64,000 nt of DNA from an uncultured Pelagibacteraceae bacterium. Its GTDB lineage: Bacteria > Pseudomonadota > Alphaproteobacteria > Pelagibacterales > Pelagibacteraceae. The position numbers and the translations under genes were made by a program. Shown here in pieces: positions 38,167 through 47,616 of this stretch. Positions within the stretch are counted from its first letter, which is position 1, and every line of letters starts with the position of its first letter. The notes under the pieces are model-generated. The model did not search any database. It was not told where the DNA came from and saw only the letters and a list, made by a program, of their open reading frames with translations. Location of the stretch: NCBI GenBank assembly GCA_902518395.1, contig CABYFX010000001.1, positions 4,709-68,708 on the forward strand, given 5' to 3'.

Positions 38167-39291
38167 ATGTTTAAACCTGTTATTGCCGGCTTCTCTAGAT
38201 CACCTTTTACAATGGCGAGAAAAGGTGCTCTCATAGATACAAAACCAGTAAATTTATTAGCAGAGGTGATTAAAAATTTAGTTTCCAAGTCCAATGTAAA
38301 AAAAGATGATATTGAAGATATTGTTGTTGGTTGTGCATTCCAAACTGGAGAACAGTCATTTAATATTGGAAAGCTAACAACTTTTTTAACTAATATGGAT
38401 GTCAAAACTTCAGGAATGACGGTTGATAGATGGTGTGGTTCTTCAATGGAAGCTATTCATATTGCTGCAGGTAAAATTTCATTAGGTGCTGGAAAAGTAT
38501 TTATATGTGGAGGAGTAGAAAGTATGACCAGAGTTAATACAGGATTTGATCCCATACCTTATCCTGAAAATAAAAAAGATAATCCTCATGTATATTTTTC
38601 AATGGGAACTACTGCAGAAAATGTTGCAAAAAAATATAATATCTCAAGGCATGAACAGCAGGAATTTGCGATCTCAAGTCATCAAAAAGCACATGAAGCT
38701 CAAACAAAAGGGAATTTTAAAAATGAAATAGTATCTATTGGTAATTGTGATACTGATGGAAATATTAGACCGGGTAGTACAATGGAAAAATTAGATGGAT
38801 TAAAACTTGCATTTGACGAAAATGGTACTGTTACAGCAGCAACTTCTTCACCTTTAACTGATGGTGCAGCTGCAACATTAATTTGCGAAGAAAATTATGC
38901 AAAAGAAAATAATTTAAATATTCTGGGAAGAATTGTGTCTACTGCAGTGCAAGGCTGTGATCCTGACTATATGGGATTAGGTCCAATTGGGGCATCGCGA
39001 AAAGCTTTGGAGAGAGCTAATTTGTCAACGGATAAAATTGATATTGTTGAATTGAATGAGGCTTTCGCATCGCAATCCTTAGCATGCATTAAAGATTTAG
39101 ACATAAATAAAGATAAAGTTAATTTAGATGGTGGAGCACTTGCCCTTGGACATCCTCTTGGAGCAACAGGTGCAAGAATTACAGGCAAAGCTGCTGAATT
39201 ACTTCAGAGGGAAAATAAAAAGTATGCTTTATCCACTCAATGTATTGGTTTGGGTATGGGAATTGCTACAGTAATCGAATCTGTAAAGTAA
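38167..39291 (+). CDS. fadA: Acetyl-CoA acyltransferase (thiolase)
   Basis: RWCGSS, GGVESM, NEAFA, GHPLGATG and CIGLGMG motifs. Confidence 0.92.
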   Translation: MFKPVIAGFSRSPFTMARKGALIDTKPVNLLAEVIKNLVSKSNVKKDDIEDIVVGCAFQTGEQSFNIGKLTTFLTNMDVKTSGMTVDRWCGSSMEAIHIAAGKISLGAGKVFICGGVESMTRVNTGFDPIPYPENKKDNPHVYFSMGTTAENVAKKYNISRHEQQEFAISSHQKAHEAQTKGNFKNEIVSIGNCDTDGNIRPGSTMEKLDGLKLAFDENGTVTAATSSPLTDGAAATLICEENYAKENNLNILGRIVSTAVQGCDPDYMGLGPIGASRKALERANLSTDKIDIVELNEAFASQSLACIKDLDINKDKVNLDGGALALGHPLGATGARITGKAAELLQRENKKYALSTQCIGLGMGIATVIESVK

Positions 39292-39292
39292 A

Positions 39293-40147
39293 CTATCTAT
39301 TTATTCCTCTTAATCTCTCAGATCTTCTTCTTAAAAGCTCAGCTGTAACTAAAATTAATATTGATAAAACAATTAAACATGTTGCTACAGCTAAAATTGT
39401 AGGACTAAGTTGTTCTCTAAGACCAGTCCACATTTGAACTGGTATTGTAGTATTATCTAAGCCAGCTAAGAATAATACAACTACTACCTCATCGAAAGAT
39501 GTGACAAATGCAAATAAACCACCAGAAATAACGCCAGGTAGAATTAATGGCAAAGTAATTTTCATAAATGTATTGAAAGGATTGCTACCTAAACTAGATG
39601 CAGCTCGAGTTATGCTATGGTCAAATCCTGAAAGTGTTGCGGTTACTGTGATTACTACAAATGGAGTTCCCAGTATAATATGTGCTAAAATTATACCTAA
39701 GTGTGTAGCAGCCAATCCTACTTTTGCCATGAAAAAGAAAATTGCAACACCTGAAATAATTAAAGGAACAATCATTGGAGATATTAAAGTTGCCATGATC
39801 AAACCTTTGTAAGGCATATGTCTGCTGCTCAAACCTAAAGCAGCTAATGTACCAAGTATAATTGAACCAAAGGTTGCAAATATTGCAATTATAAAACTAT
39901 TTTTTGCAGCTAAGCCCCAAGGATTTTTTGTTCCATAGACCATATCTTTGTACCATCTCGTAGAAAAAGCATCTGGGTCTAGTCTCTTCATTCCATCTGT
40001 AAATACTAAAAATTCTTCTGCATTAAATGATAACGGAAAAATTACAAATAAAGGAGCGATTAAAAAGAAAAATACACATCCACAAATAAAAAGATAAAAA
40101 TAGTGCCATATTCGATAATGAGGTTCTGTATATTTTGGTAAAGCCAT
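39293..40147 (-). CDS. potC: PotC-type ABC permease
   Basis: RAASSLGS..TLPLI.PG and SFDEVV motifs. Confidence 0.85.
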   Translation of the reverse strand: MALPKYTEPHYRIWHYFYLFICGCVFFFLIAPLFVIFPLSFNAEEFLVFTDGMKRLDPDAFSTRWYKDMVYGTKNPWGLAAKNSFIIAIFATFGSIILGTLAALGLSSRHMPYKGLIMATLISPMIVPLIISGVAIFFFMAKVGLAATHLGIILAHIILGTPFVVITVTATLSGFDHSITRAASSLGSNPFNTFMKITLPLILPGVISGGLFAFVTSFDEVVVVLFLAGLDNTTIPVQMWTGLREQLSPTILAVATCLIVLSILILVTAELLRRRSERLRGINR

Positions 40148-40149
40148 AA

Positions 40150-41400
40150 TTATCCTAATTTAATATTATCAACTCCTACAAGCTTGTTATAAATCCAATA
40201 AATAACTAACACTCCTGTCAACAACATTAGTCCCATTGCAGAAGCAAAACTCCAATCTAAAGTACTTTTCATATGATAAGCTATCTGATTACTTATAAGT
40301 GTTCCAGATGCACCTCCTACCAGAGCTGGAGTTATGTAATAACCAATTGCAAGTATAAAAACTAATAAGCAGCCTGCTCCAATTCCAGGTATTGTAAGTG
40401 GAAAATAAATTTTAAAAAAAGCTACACTAGGAGTTGCCCCTAGAGATTTTCCAGCTCTCATTAAACTTGGAGAGATTGTTTTCATAACACTATACAAAGG
40501 TAATACCATAAATGGTAAAAGTATTTGTGTCATAGCAACATAAGTCCCTGTTTTGTTATACATCATCTCTGGCCTGTTATCGTCTGTAACAAGACCGATC
40601 CATACAAAAAAGTCATTTACCAGTCCTTGTTGTTGTAACAAAATCATCCAACTGGCAGTTCTCACAAGTAGTGAGGTCCAAAATGGAAGCAGCACACAAA
40701 TCATAAGTAAGTTACTATACTTCATTGGAAGAGTTGCTAATAAATGTGCAATTGGATAAGCCATTAAAAAACAAAAAAGAGTTACAAAAAAAGCTACCTC
40801 TAATGTTCGAGACCATAAAATTCTATGAATTCTTCTGTCTTCAGCTACTTGTACAATTTTTCCATCTTCATTAGAGTACATGTCAACACCCTTCAAATAT
40901 TTAGAATAGGTGTAAGCTGGAGCTCTCCTTTTGATTGCTCTCCAATAATCAACATTTCTCCACCTTTTATGAACTTTCATAATTTGCTCTTTATAGTTTC
41001 CCTCCTCAAATTTCTTTTGCTTTCTAGCTAATTTTTTTAGGACACTCTTAAAGCCATTTTTCTCATAATTTAGTTGGGTTTGTAACTTTCCTGCTGTTTT
41101 ATTCTCTACTAAAATTTTGTAATCTAAATAAAAAGCTTTAAACACTTCTTCGGGTGGAAGCTCTTTACCATCCCACTGCTCCATTGCTTTGTATGTTTTG
41201 GGAAGCATGTTTGTGACCATTTTGTCGTCTATACTTCTAGAGAACATGTCTGCGATAGGAATTATGTAAGTAATAATTAGAAATAAGAGTAATGGTGTTA
41301 CTAAAAGAAAGGCTTTTATTTTATTTTTTTTTTCTGCCTGCTTAAGGCTTTCCTCTAAGGGAATTCCACCTGTTGATAATATTTTTTGTTCTGAGCTCAT
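40150..41400 (-). CDS. potB: PotB-type ABC permease with a large periplasmic insert
   Basis: LLPFWTS.LVR, LPFMVLPLY, RAG.SLGA and YITPALVGG motifs. Confidence 0.85.
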   Translation of the reverse strand: MSSEQKILSTGGIPLEESLKQAEKKNKIKAFLLVTPLLLFLIITYIIPIADMFSRSIDDKMVTNMLPKTYKAMEQWDGKELPPEEVFKAFYLDYKILVENKTAGKLQTQLNYEKNGFKSVLKKLARKQKKFEEGNYKEQIMKVHKRWRNVDYWRAIKRRAPAYTYSKYLKGVDMYSNEDGKIVQVAEDRRIHRILWSRTLEVAFFVTLFCFLMAYPIAHLLATLPMKYSNLLMICVLLPFWTSLLVRTASWMILLQQQGLVNDFFVWIGLVTDDNRPEMMYNKTGTYVAMTQILLPFMVLPLYSVMKTISPSLMRAGKSLGATPSVAFFKIYFPLTIPGIGAGCLLVFILAIGYYITPALVGGASGTLISNQIAYHMKSTLDWSFASAMGLMLLTGVLVIYWIYNKLVGVDNIKLG

Positions 41401-41429
41401 AAAAAAAGGGCGGTTGTAGTAACCGCCCT
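41401..41429 (-). terminator. Intrinsic terminator/attenuator between the SBP and permease genes
   Basis: Minus strand reads AGGGCGGTT-actac-AACCGCCCT then a T-run, immediately followed by the potB ATG. Confidence 0.75.
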
Positions 41430-41465
41430 AAATATAATATAAAATTAAAGTGTTTAAAACTCTAA

Positions 41466-42584
41466 TTATTTAATACTAGCTTTCATAGCTTCCCACTGTT
41501 CACCAAGCTCTGTGCCGTTATCAGCCCAGTACTCAGCGTTCACTAAGAAGTATTTTTTAAGGTTAGCTGGTGCAGTTGGCATATGTGGAACCATGTTCGT
41601 TTTTCCATCTTTATACCAAGGCTCTCCTGCTTCCATAACTGAAATTGATGATTTTCTCCATGGAGCATATGCAATATATTTTGCACTTCCTGCTAACATT
41701 TCAGTATTTGTCATCATTGCTAAAGCTTTTTTAGCATCTGCTTCGTTTGGTCCACCTTTAACTAATGCAAAATATTCATAGTCAAGACCTTGTCCGTCCC
41801 AAACTTGAACGATTGGAGCACCTTCTCCTATTGCTGCATTGAAAAATCTACCATTCCAACCAGTTGCCATTACAACTTCACCACTCATCAATAATTCTGG
41901 TGGTTGAGCACCTGCTGACCAAAATACACATCCACCATTTGGATCTTCACAAAGTTTTTTGATTTTGTTCATAGCTCTTGTTACGTAAGCTGGATCTTCT
42001 AATTTTTTATATAGAAATTCTCCACCTTTACCCATTTTTACACCATCAGCTGCTAAAGCAATTTCTAGGTTTGTAAGAGCACTTTTGTAAATAGCTCTTT
42101 TTCCTGGAAACCTTTGTGTATTAAAGAAATCTTTAATAGTTTTTGGTGTGCTTTTTAGCAAGTCGCTGTTGTAAGCATAGTTCCAAGAATATAAAATGTT
42201 TCCTACAGCACACTTACTTGGCATATCTGTAAAGAAATCTTCACTTGCTGGTGTACCATCTGGTGCTGGTGGAAAGTCTTTGTCAAAATCAAATTCAACA
42301 AAAATACCTTCGTCACAACCATTGATAGTGTCATAAGCAAATACATCTATAATATCCCATGTAATCGCTCCTGCTTCTTTTTGGGCTTTGATTTCTGATA
42401 ATCCACCAGAATAATCTACCCATTCGATAGGTATACCCAATGCTTTTGCAGTTGGATCACCATAACCTAACTTTTGACTTTCCGTGTAAGCTCCACCCCA
42501 TGATGCAACAACTACTGCAAATGCTGATGAAGATACTGAGATAGCAAAAGTTACGGCAAGTAATAATTTACTTAATTTTCTCAT
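41466..42584 (-). CDS. potD: PotD/PotF-family substrate-binding protein
   Basis: Signal peptide, SWGGAY, FPGKR and WNGR motifs; SD GGAGG upstream. Confidence 0.85.
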   Translation of the reverse strand: MRKLSKLLLAVTFAISVSSSAFAVVVASWGGAYTESQKLGYGDPTAKALGIPIEWVDYSGGLSEIKAQKEAGAITWDIIDVFAYDTINGCDEGIFVEFDFDKDFPPAPDGTPASEDFFTDMPSKCAVGNILYSWNYAYNSDLLKSTPKTIKDFFNTQRFPGKRAIYKSALTNLEIALAADGVKMGKGGEFLYKKLEDPAYVTRAMNKIKKLCEDPNGGCVFWSAGAQPPELLMSGEVVMATGWNGRFFNAAIGEGAPIVQVWDGQGLDYEYFALVKGGPNEADAKKALAMMTNTEMLAGSAKYIAYAPWRKSSISVMEAGEPWYKDGKTNMVPHMPTAPANLKKYFLVNAEYWADNGTELGEQWEAMKASIK

Positions 42585-42682
42585 TTATCCTCCGTTTAAA
42601 CGTTTTTTTATAAAAAACGAAGTACAGCAACATAGGAAAAGAGAGTCAACAGAGGATTTTGGTAATTTTGTAATAATTTAGC

Positions 42683-43768
42683 TTATTTTGGGTCTAAAGC
42701 TCTAGCGTCATGACTATTCCAACCAATATTTATCTCATTGCCAAGTTTTATATCTAAATTTTGAGAACTGTTTGGAACTTTTAAAATAAATTCAGAGTTA
42801 CCAAGTAAATTTAATCTTACTCTTGTATGGTCACCATGATAAATGACTTCTTCTATTTTGCCTTTTTGATTATTATCCATTTTATCTTTAGGATTGATCA
42901 ATGCTCTTTCAGGTCTAATTGAAACTGTAGTTTTTTCGCCAATAGACTTAACTGAAATTGGATTTGCAATTATTTCACCTTTATCTAGTTTAACTTTACA
43001 GGATCCATTTGATATATCTGAAATTTCTCCAGCGAAAGTATTATTCTCTCCAATAAACTCTGCAACGAAAGAATTTACAGGTTCTTCATATAACTTGTCT
43101 GGACTTGAGAGTTGTTGAACTTTACCATCATTAAATACTGCTATTCTGTTTGACATTGTTAATGCTTCACCTTGATCGTGAGTGACATACACAACTGTTA
43201 CACCAATGCTCTCATGAATATGTTTGATTTCATACTGCATACTCTCTCTTAAATTTTTGTCTAAAGCACCTAAAGGTTCGTCCATTAAAACAACTGCTGG
43301 ATCAAAAACTAAAGCTCTAGCTACCGCCACTCTTTGCTGTTGACCCCCAGAAAGTTGTCCTGGCATACGGTTTCCGAAACCCGACAATGAAACCATGGAT
43401 AATGCTTTATCAACTTTTTTGTCTATATCATCTTTTAAAATTTTTCTTACTCTTAATGGAAAAGCTAAATTTTCAAAAACCGTCATATGTGGAAATAAAG
43501 CATAATTTTGAAAAACCATTCCGATACCTCTTTTGTGTGGAGGGATATTTGAAATTGGATTTTTATCTAAATAGATTTCTCCATTAGTTGGGGTTTCAAA
43601 ACCTGCGAGCATCATTAAACATGTGGTTTTTCCTGAACCAGAGGGTCCAAGCATTGTTACAAACTCACCTTCTTCGATGTCTAAATTCAAATCTTTAACT
43701 ACCAACACTTTTCCATCGTAGCTTTTGTCGACTTTATCAAATTTTACGAAATCTTCTTTTTTTGACAT
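42683..43768 (-). CDS. potA: PotA-type ABC ATPase
   Basis: GPSGSGKT, VFQNYALFPHM, LSGGQQQR and DEPLGALD motifs; TOBE tail. Confidence 0.92.
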   Translation of the reverse strand: MSKKEDFVKFDKVDKSYDGKVLVVKDLNLDIEEGEFVTMLGPSGSGKTTCLMMLAGFETPTNGEIYLDKNPISNIPPHKRGIGMVFQNYALFPHMTVFENLAFPLRVRKILKDDIDKKVDKALSMVSLSGFGNRMPGQLSGGQQQRVAVARALVFDPAVVLMDEPLGALDKNLRESMQYEIKHIHESIGVTVVYVTHDQGEALTMSNRIAVFNDGKVQQLSSPDKLYEEPVNSFVAEFIGENNTFAGEISDISNGSCKVKLDKGEIIANPISVKSIGEKTTVSIRPERALINPKDKMDNNQKGKIEEVIYHGDHTRVRLNLLGNSEFILKVPNSSQNLDIKLGNEINIGWNSHDARALDPK

Positions 43769-43813
43769 AGATCAGTTTTTAAAACACTTAGTTAAGTTGT
43801 TTGCAACAGTTAA

Positions 43814-44983
43814 TTAGCTCTTAATGTGTAACTCTTTTGGAAAATTACAGAATAATTCACACCCTTTTTCTGTAACTCTTATAGCCTCAGAAGCTTCAAC
43901 TCCCCAATCACCAAATTGCATTACAGCGATCATATGGAAACAGGCATTCGGTACAAGTTCAGTCATTTCTCCTTTATATATATTAAGAGTATGTTCGCCC
44001 CAATCTGGTGGGTAACCTATTCCGATTGAGTAACCAGTTCTTGATTTTTTTTCTATGCCATATTTGTCTAAAATACCCCAAAAAGCTTGAGCTACATCAT
44101 TTGCAGTATTCCCAGGTTTAGTAGCATCTATTCCAGCTTGCAAAGCTTCGATAGTTTTGTTCATTGTATCTATTTTTAATTGATCTGATTTACCAAGTAA
44201 GACTGTTCTTGCCATTGGCGCATGATATCTTTTATAAACTCCAGATAACTCAACGATTGTCGCCTCACCTTCTACAAACTTATCTTGGGTTGCTGTTAAA
44301 TGAGATGCAGATGTTCCTTTTCCTGTTGGTAAGAGTGTTGCGATACTAGAATACTCTCCTCCAAACTCAGGTGTCCCATAAAATAAAGTTTTTTGTATGT
44401 CACCTACTGCATCGCATTGTCTGACACCCGGTTTTATTACCTCCATTGCAGTCTTCATTCCTTTTTCTGAAATTAGTGCAGCAGTTTTCATGCAATTAAT
44501 TTCTGCATCAGATTTTGCAAATCTTGCCCAATTTACTAATCTTTCTGAATCTTTTATTTTTGCATTCGGTAAACCTTGTTTTATCTTTTCATAACAAAAA
44601 GCAGTGAAGTAATGAGCATCCATCTCAACTCCAATTGAAAGCTTATCCCAATTTCTGTCTTTAATAATCTGTACTAAATAATCGTAAGGATGTTTTGGCC
44701 ATGTATGAATATAATTTTCATCATACACAATTATATTTTCATCTTTGAGATACGTTTTTATGTACGCACCTCCTGAATCTTGAGCTCTTACAAAACATAA
44801 AGGTTCATCAGCATTAACATGAACAATGGCACACTGTGCATAATAAAAAGACCAGGCGTCATAACCAGTTAAATAATTCATGTTATTAGTATCGTGAGAA
44901 ATCAATAGTTCGATACCTTTGTCCTGCATCATCGACTGAACTTTTTTTAATCTTTGTTTATATTCGTCTTTAGTAAATGACAT
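43814..44983 (-). CDS. eutD: M24 family hydrolase, ectoine hydrolase EutD/DoeA-like
   Basis: YLTGYDAWSFY, VNW.R..KS..E, SHLT and RTGYSIG.GYPPDWGE motifs; lacks the full metal set of Xaa-Pro peptidases. Confidence 0.75.
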   Translation of the reverse strand: MSFTKDEYKQRLKKVQSMMQDKGIELLISHDTNNMNYLTGYDAWSFYYAQCAIVHVNADEPLCFVRAQDSGGAYIKTYLKDENIIVYDENYIHTWPKHPYDYLVQIIKDRNWDKLSIGVEMDAHYFTAFCYEKIKQGLPNAKIKDSERLVNWARFAKSDAEINCMKTAALISEKGMKTAMEVIKPGVRQCDAVGDIQKTLFYGTPEFGGEYSSIATLLPTGKGTSASHLTATQDKFVEGEATIVELSGVYKRYHAPMARTVLLGKSDQLKIDTMNKTIEALQAGIDATKPGNTANDVAQAFWGILDKYGIEKKSRTGYSIGIGYPPDWGEHTLNIYKGEMTELVPNACFHMIAVMQFGDWGVEASEAIRVTEKGCELFCNFPKELHIKS

Positions 44984-44989
44984 AAATTT

Positions 44990-45730
44990 CTATCTGAATA
45001 ATTTACCAAAACCTTCTACAAGGTTATTTTTATTTATTTGGACAAGAGTATCCCAAATTAATGTCTGATTGCTTGATAAAACAATCGTGTTAAGTTTTTT
45101 TTCAAGTTTATCGATTATTGGTAATACAGGAAGAGCTGTACAAGATACAAATAATGCGTCTGCTCCATTTAAATCTATCTTAGACAAGACATTATACAAA
45201 TAATTTTGGTCTACTTTACCTATGTCATAATCTGCCTCTATATCAAAGTATGAATTGGATGTTATTTCAAATCCCTCTGAGTTAAAATATCCCATAACCT
45301 CATCATTAAGTTTTTTGCTGTAGGGAGTAAATAGCGAAAGTTTTTTAATATTTAACTTTTTTAATGCTTTTATTGCGGCTGTACTTGGCGTTGTAACCTG
45401 GGCCATTGGTTTTGCTGCTTTTACCTTTTGCTTAATAGAGTTATAGCCTGCTGCAATAGTTCCAGAAGTACATCCATAGACTACACAATCAATATCTTGA
45501 TCTGGTAAAATGTCTTTTGTAACACTGGTTACTTTATCTGACATTTTGATCAGATTTTCTTTAGTTAAAGGATTATAACACTCTATTCTATTAACAAAAA
45601 AATCAATTTCTCTATCCTTAATTACACTTATAAAATCTCTTTCAATCATAAAATCACTTGCAAGAGCAATAAGGCCAACTCGTGGATTTGATTTACTTAT
45701 GTATTTTGGTTCTATTTTTGTTGAATTCAT
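44990..45730 (-). CDS. eutA: Maleate isomerase / Asp-Glu racemase family protein (EutA-like)
   Basis: YGCTSG and SCTAL (two catalytic Cys), TPY and SSNQ motifs. Confidence 0.75.
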   Translation of the reverse strand: MNSTKIEPKYISKSNPRVGLIALASDFMIERDFISVIKDREIDFFVNRIECYNPLTKENLIKMSDKVTSVTKDILPDQDIDCVVYGCTSGTIAAGYNSIKQKVKAAKPMAQVTTPSTAAIKALKKLNIKKLSLFTPYSKKLNDEVMGYFNSEGFEITSNSYFDIEADYDIGKVDQNYLYNVLSKIDLNGADALFVSCTALPVLPIIDKLEKKLNTIVLSSNQTLIWDTLVQINKNNLVEGFGKLFR

Positions 45731-45790
45731 ATTTTAAAAGAGTGAATATATCATAAGTTCTTGAATAATCATTAATATTAAATGAATTGA

Positions 45791-46657
45791 ATGAATTTTA
45801 AAGATACTCTAGTTGCATCGCTTGTTCCAATCTTTTTAGGTTTTGGTTTTGTAATTGCCAAACCTGCTTTTGAATCTTTTCCTCCAATACTTCTAATGGG
45901 ATTAAGATTTATTTTTGCTGCTTCTATTTTAATTTGGTGGTTTCCTATTCCAAAAGGCTTCTTAAAAAAAATCTTTATCGCTTCTTTTATAGCAAACACC
46001 TTGCAATACAGTATTACTTATACTGGTTTAAATTTTATTGATGCATCGGCGGCAGTATTATTAGTACAAACAGAAGTTCCATTTGGAGTAATATTTGCTT
46101 TTTTCATGTTGAAAGAGAAACCAACTTTAAGAGCTTTTATCGGTATAGGAATCGCGTTTATAGGAGTTTATATTTTAACTGGTTCACCTAATTTAGATGG
46201 AAAAATATTTGGGATCACTCTTACAATTTTAGGTTCGGCAATATGGGCACTTGGCCAAGTAATTGTTAAACCTTTGAGTAAAGAAATTAATCCTTTAGCT
46301 TTAGTTGCGTGGCTTGCATTATTTTCTGGACCCACTTTAATTTTAATTTCTGCGGTAATTGAAGGTGATACTATATCATATTTATCAACTGCTAAATTTA
46401 ATCACTGGTTGATAGCATTTTACATAGGATTTATTATGCAGCCAGTTACTTATGGTTGTTTTTATTATGTTCTAAAAAATAATCCATTATATAAAGTGTT
46501 ACCAATAGTGACTATGGGTATACCACCCACTGGATTGCTTGCTGCAATATTTTTATTAGGTGAAAAACCAACAAGTGAATTATTTATTGGAGGAGGAGTA
46601 GTAATATTTGGTGTCATAATGATATTATATAAAAAAAAAGAGGAGATAAATTTATGA
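45791..46657 (+). CDS. DMT/EamA family transporter
   Basis: About 10 TM segments in a duplicated EamA arrangement (LKEKP; LLGEKP). Confidence 0.88.
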   Translation: MNFKDTLVASLVPIFLGFGFVIAKPAFESFPPILLMGLRFIFAASILIWWFPIPKGFLKKIFIASFIANTLQYSITYTGLNFIDASAAVLLVQTEVPFGVIFAFFMLKEKPTLRAFIGIGIAFIGVYILTGSPNLDGKIFGITLTILGSAIWALGQVIVKPLSKEINPLALVAWLALFSGPTLILISAVIEGDTISYLSTAKFNHWLIAFYIGFIMQPVTYGCFYYVLKNNPLYKVLPIVTMGIPPTGLLAAIFLLGEKPTSELFIGGGVVIFGVIMILYKKKEEINL

Positions 46658-47595
46658 ATGTAGGATTTATTGGCTTGGGAAATGTTGGAGGAAAACTGGC
46701 TGGGAGTTTATTGAGGAATAAATTTAATTTAACAGTTAGAGATCTAGATAAAAATTTAACAAAACAGTTTAAAGACTCTGGCGCTAAAATTGCAAACTCT
46801 GCTAAAGAGCTGGCTGAAGAAGTTGATTTAATAATAACTTGTCTTCCTTCTCCTGAAATTTGTGCAGAAGTGATGGAGGGAAAGAACGGAATTCTAGAAG
46901 GTATTTCTGAAAATAAAATATGGTTGGAAATGAGTACTACTGATGAGGCAGAGGTAAAAAGGATTGGGAAAAAAGTAATTGAAAAAAAGGCAATACCCTT
47001 AGATGGTCCAGTAAGTGGTGGATGCCATAGAGCAGCATCTGGAAATATAGCAATATTTGTTGGTGGAGAAAGAGAGGCATTTGAAAAGATTTTACCTGCT
47101 TTAACTGTAATGGGGCGAAAAATATTACATACAGGAGAATTAGGTACTGCTTCTGTTCTAAAAGTAATTACAAATTATTTAGCCTCTGCACATTTGGTTG
47201 CCCTTGGGGAGGCATGGACAGTAGCGAAAAAGTCAAAGCTAGATCTTGCAAAAACATATAAAGGAATTGCTGTGTCATCAGGAAATTCATTTGTTCATGA
47301 AACTGAGAGCCAAGTTATTTTAAATGGCTCTTATAATATAAATTTTACAATGGATCTTGTTTTAAAGGATACAGGTCTATTTGATGAACTAGCAAAAAAA
47401 TTAAATGCACCTTTAGAAATTTCTCCAAAAATTGTTGAAATATTTAAGGATGGTCAAAAAAAATATGGATCAAGAGCTTGGTCCTCGATGATAGTAAAAA
47501 GAATGGAAGATTTAAATAAAATTGATTTTAGGGTGGAAGGGTTTCCCGAGGAGTTAACTGATATTGAGCCTGAAGAAAAAGGTTATGAAATTTAA
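46654..47595 (+). CDS. NAD(P)-dependent beta-hydroxyacid dehydrogenase (3-hydroxyisobutyrate dehydrogenase family)
   Basis: GFIGLGNVG, CLPSP, MST, D.PVSGG, KVITN and F...L..KD motifs. Confidence 0.9.
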   Translation: MNVGFIGLGNVGGKLAGSLLRNKFNLTVRDLDKNLTKQFKDSGAKIANSAKELAEEVDLIITCLPSPEICAEVMEGKNGILEGISENKIWLEMSTTDEAEVKRIGKKVIEKKAIPLDGPVSGGCHRAASGNIAIFVGGEREAFEKILPALTVMGRKILHTGELGTASVLKVITNYLASAHLVALGEAWTVAKKSKLDLAKTYKGIAVSSGNSFVHETESQVILNGSYNINFTMDLVLKDTGLFDELAKKLNAPLEISPKIVEIFKDGQKKYGSRAWSSMIVKRMEDLNKIDFRVEGFPEELTDIEPEEKGYEI

Positions 47596-47616
47596 ATTTT
47601 ATGTTAAAGTACACTT

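Noticed and set aside
42593-42619. Palindromes CGTTTAAACG and CGTTTTTT-tat-AAAAAACG in the potD leader
   Set aside because: They are mostly A/T and overlapping, and can be expected by chance at this composition; no supporting evidence.
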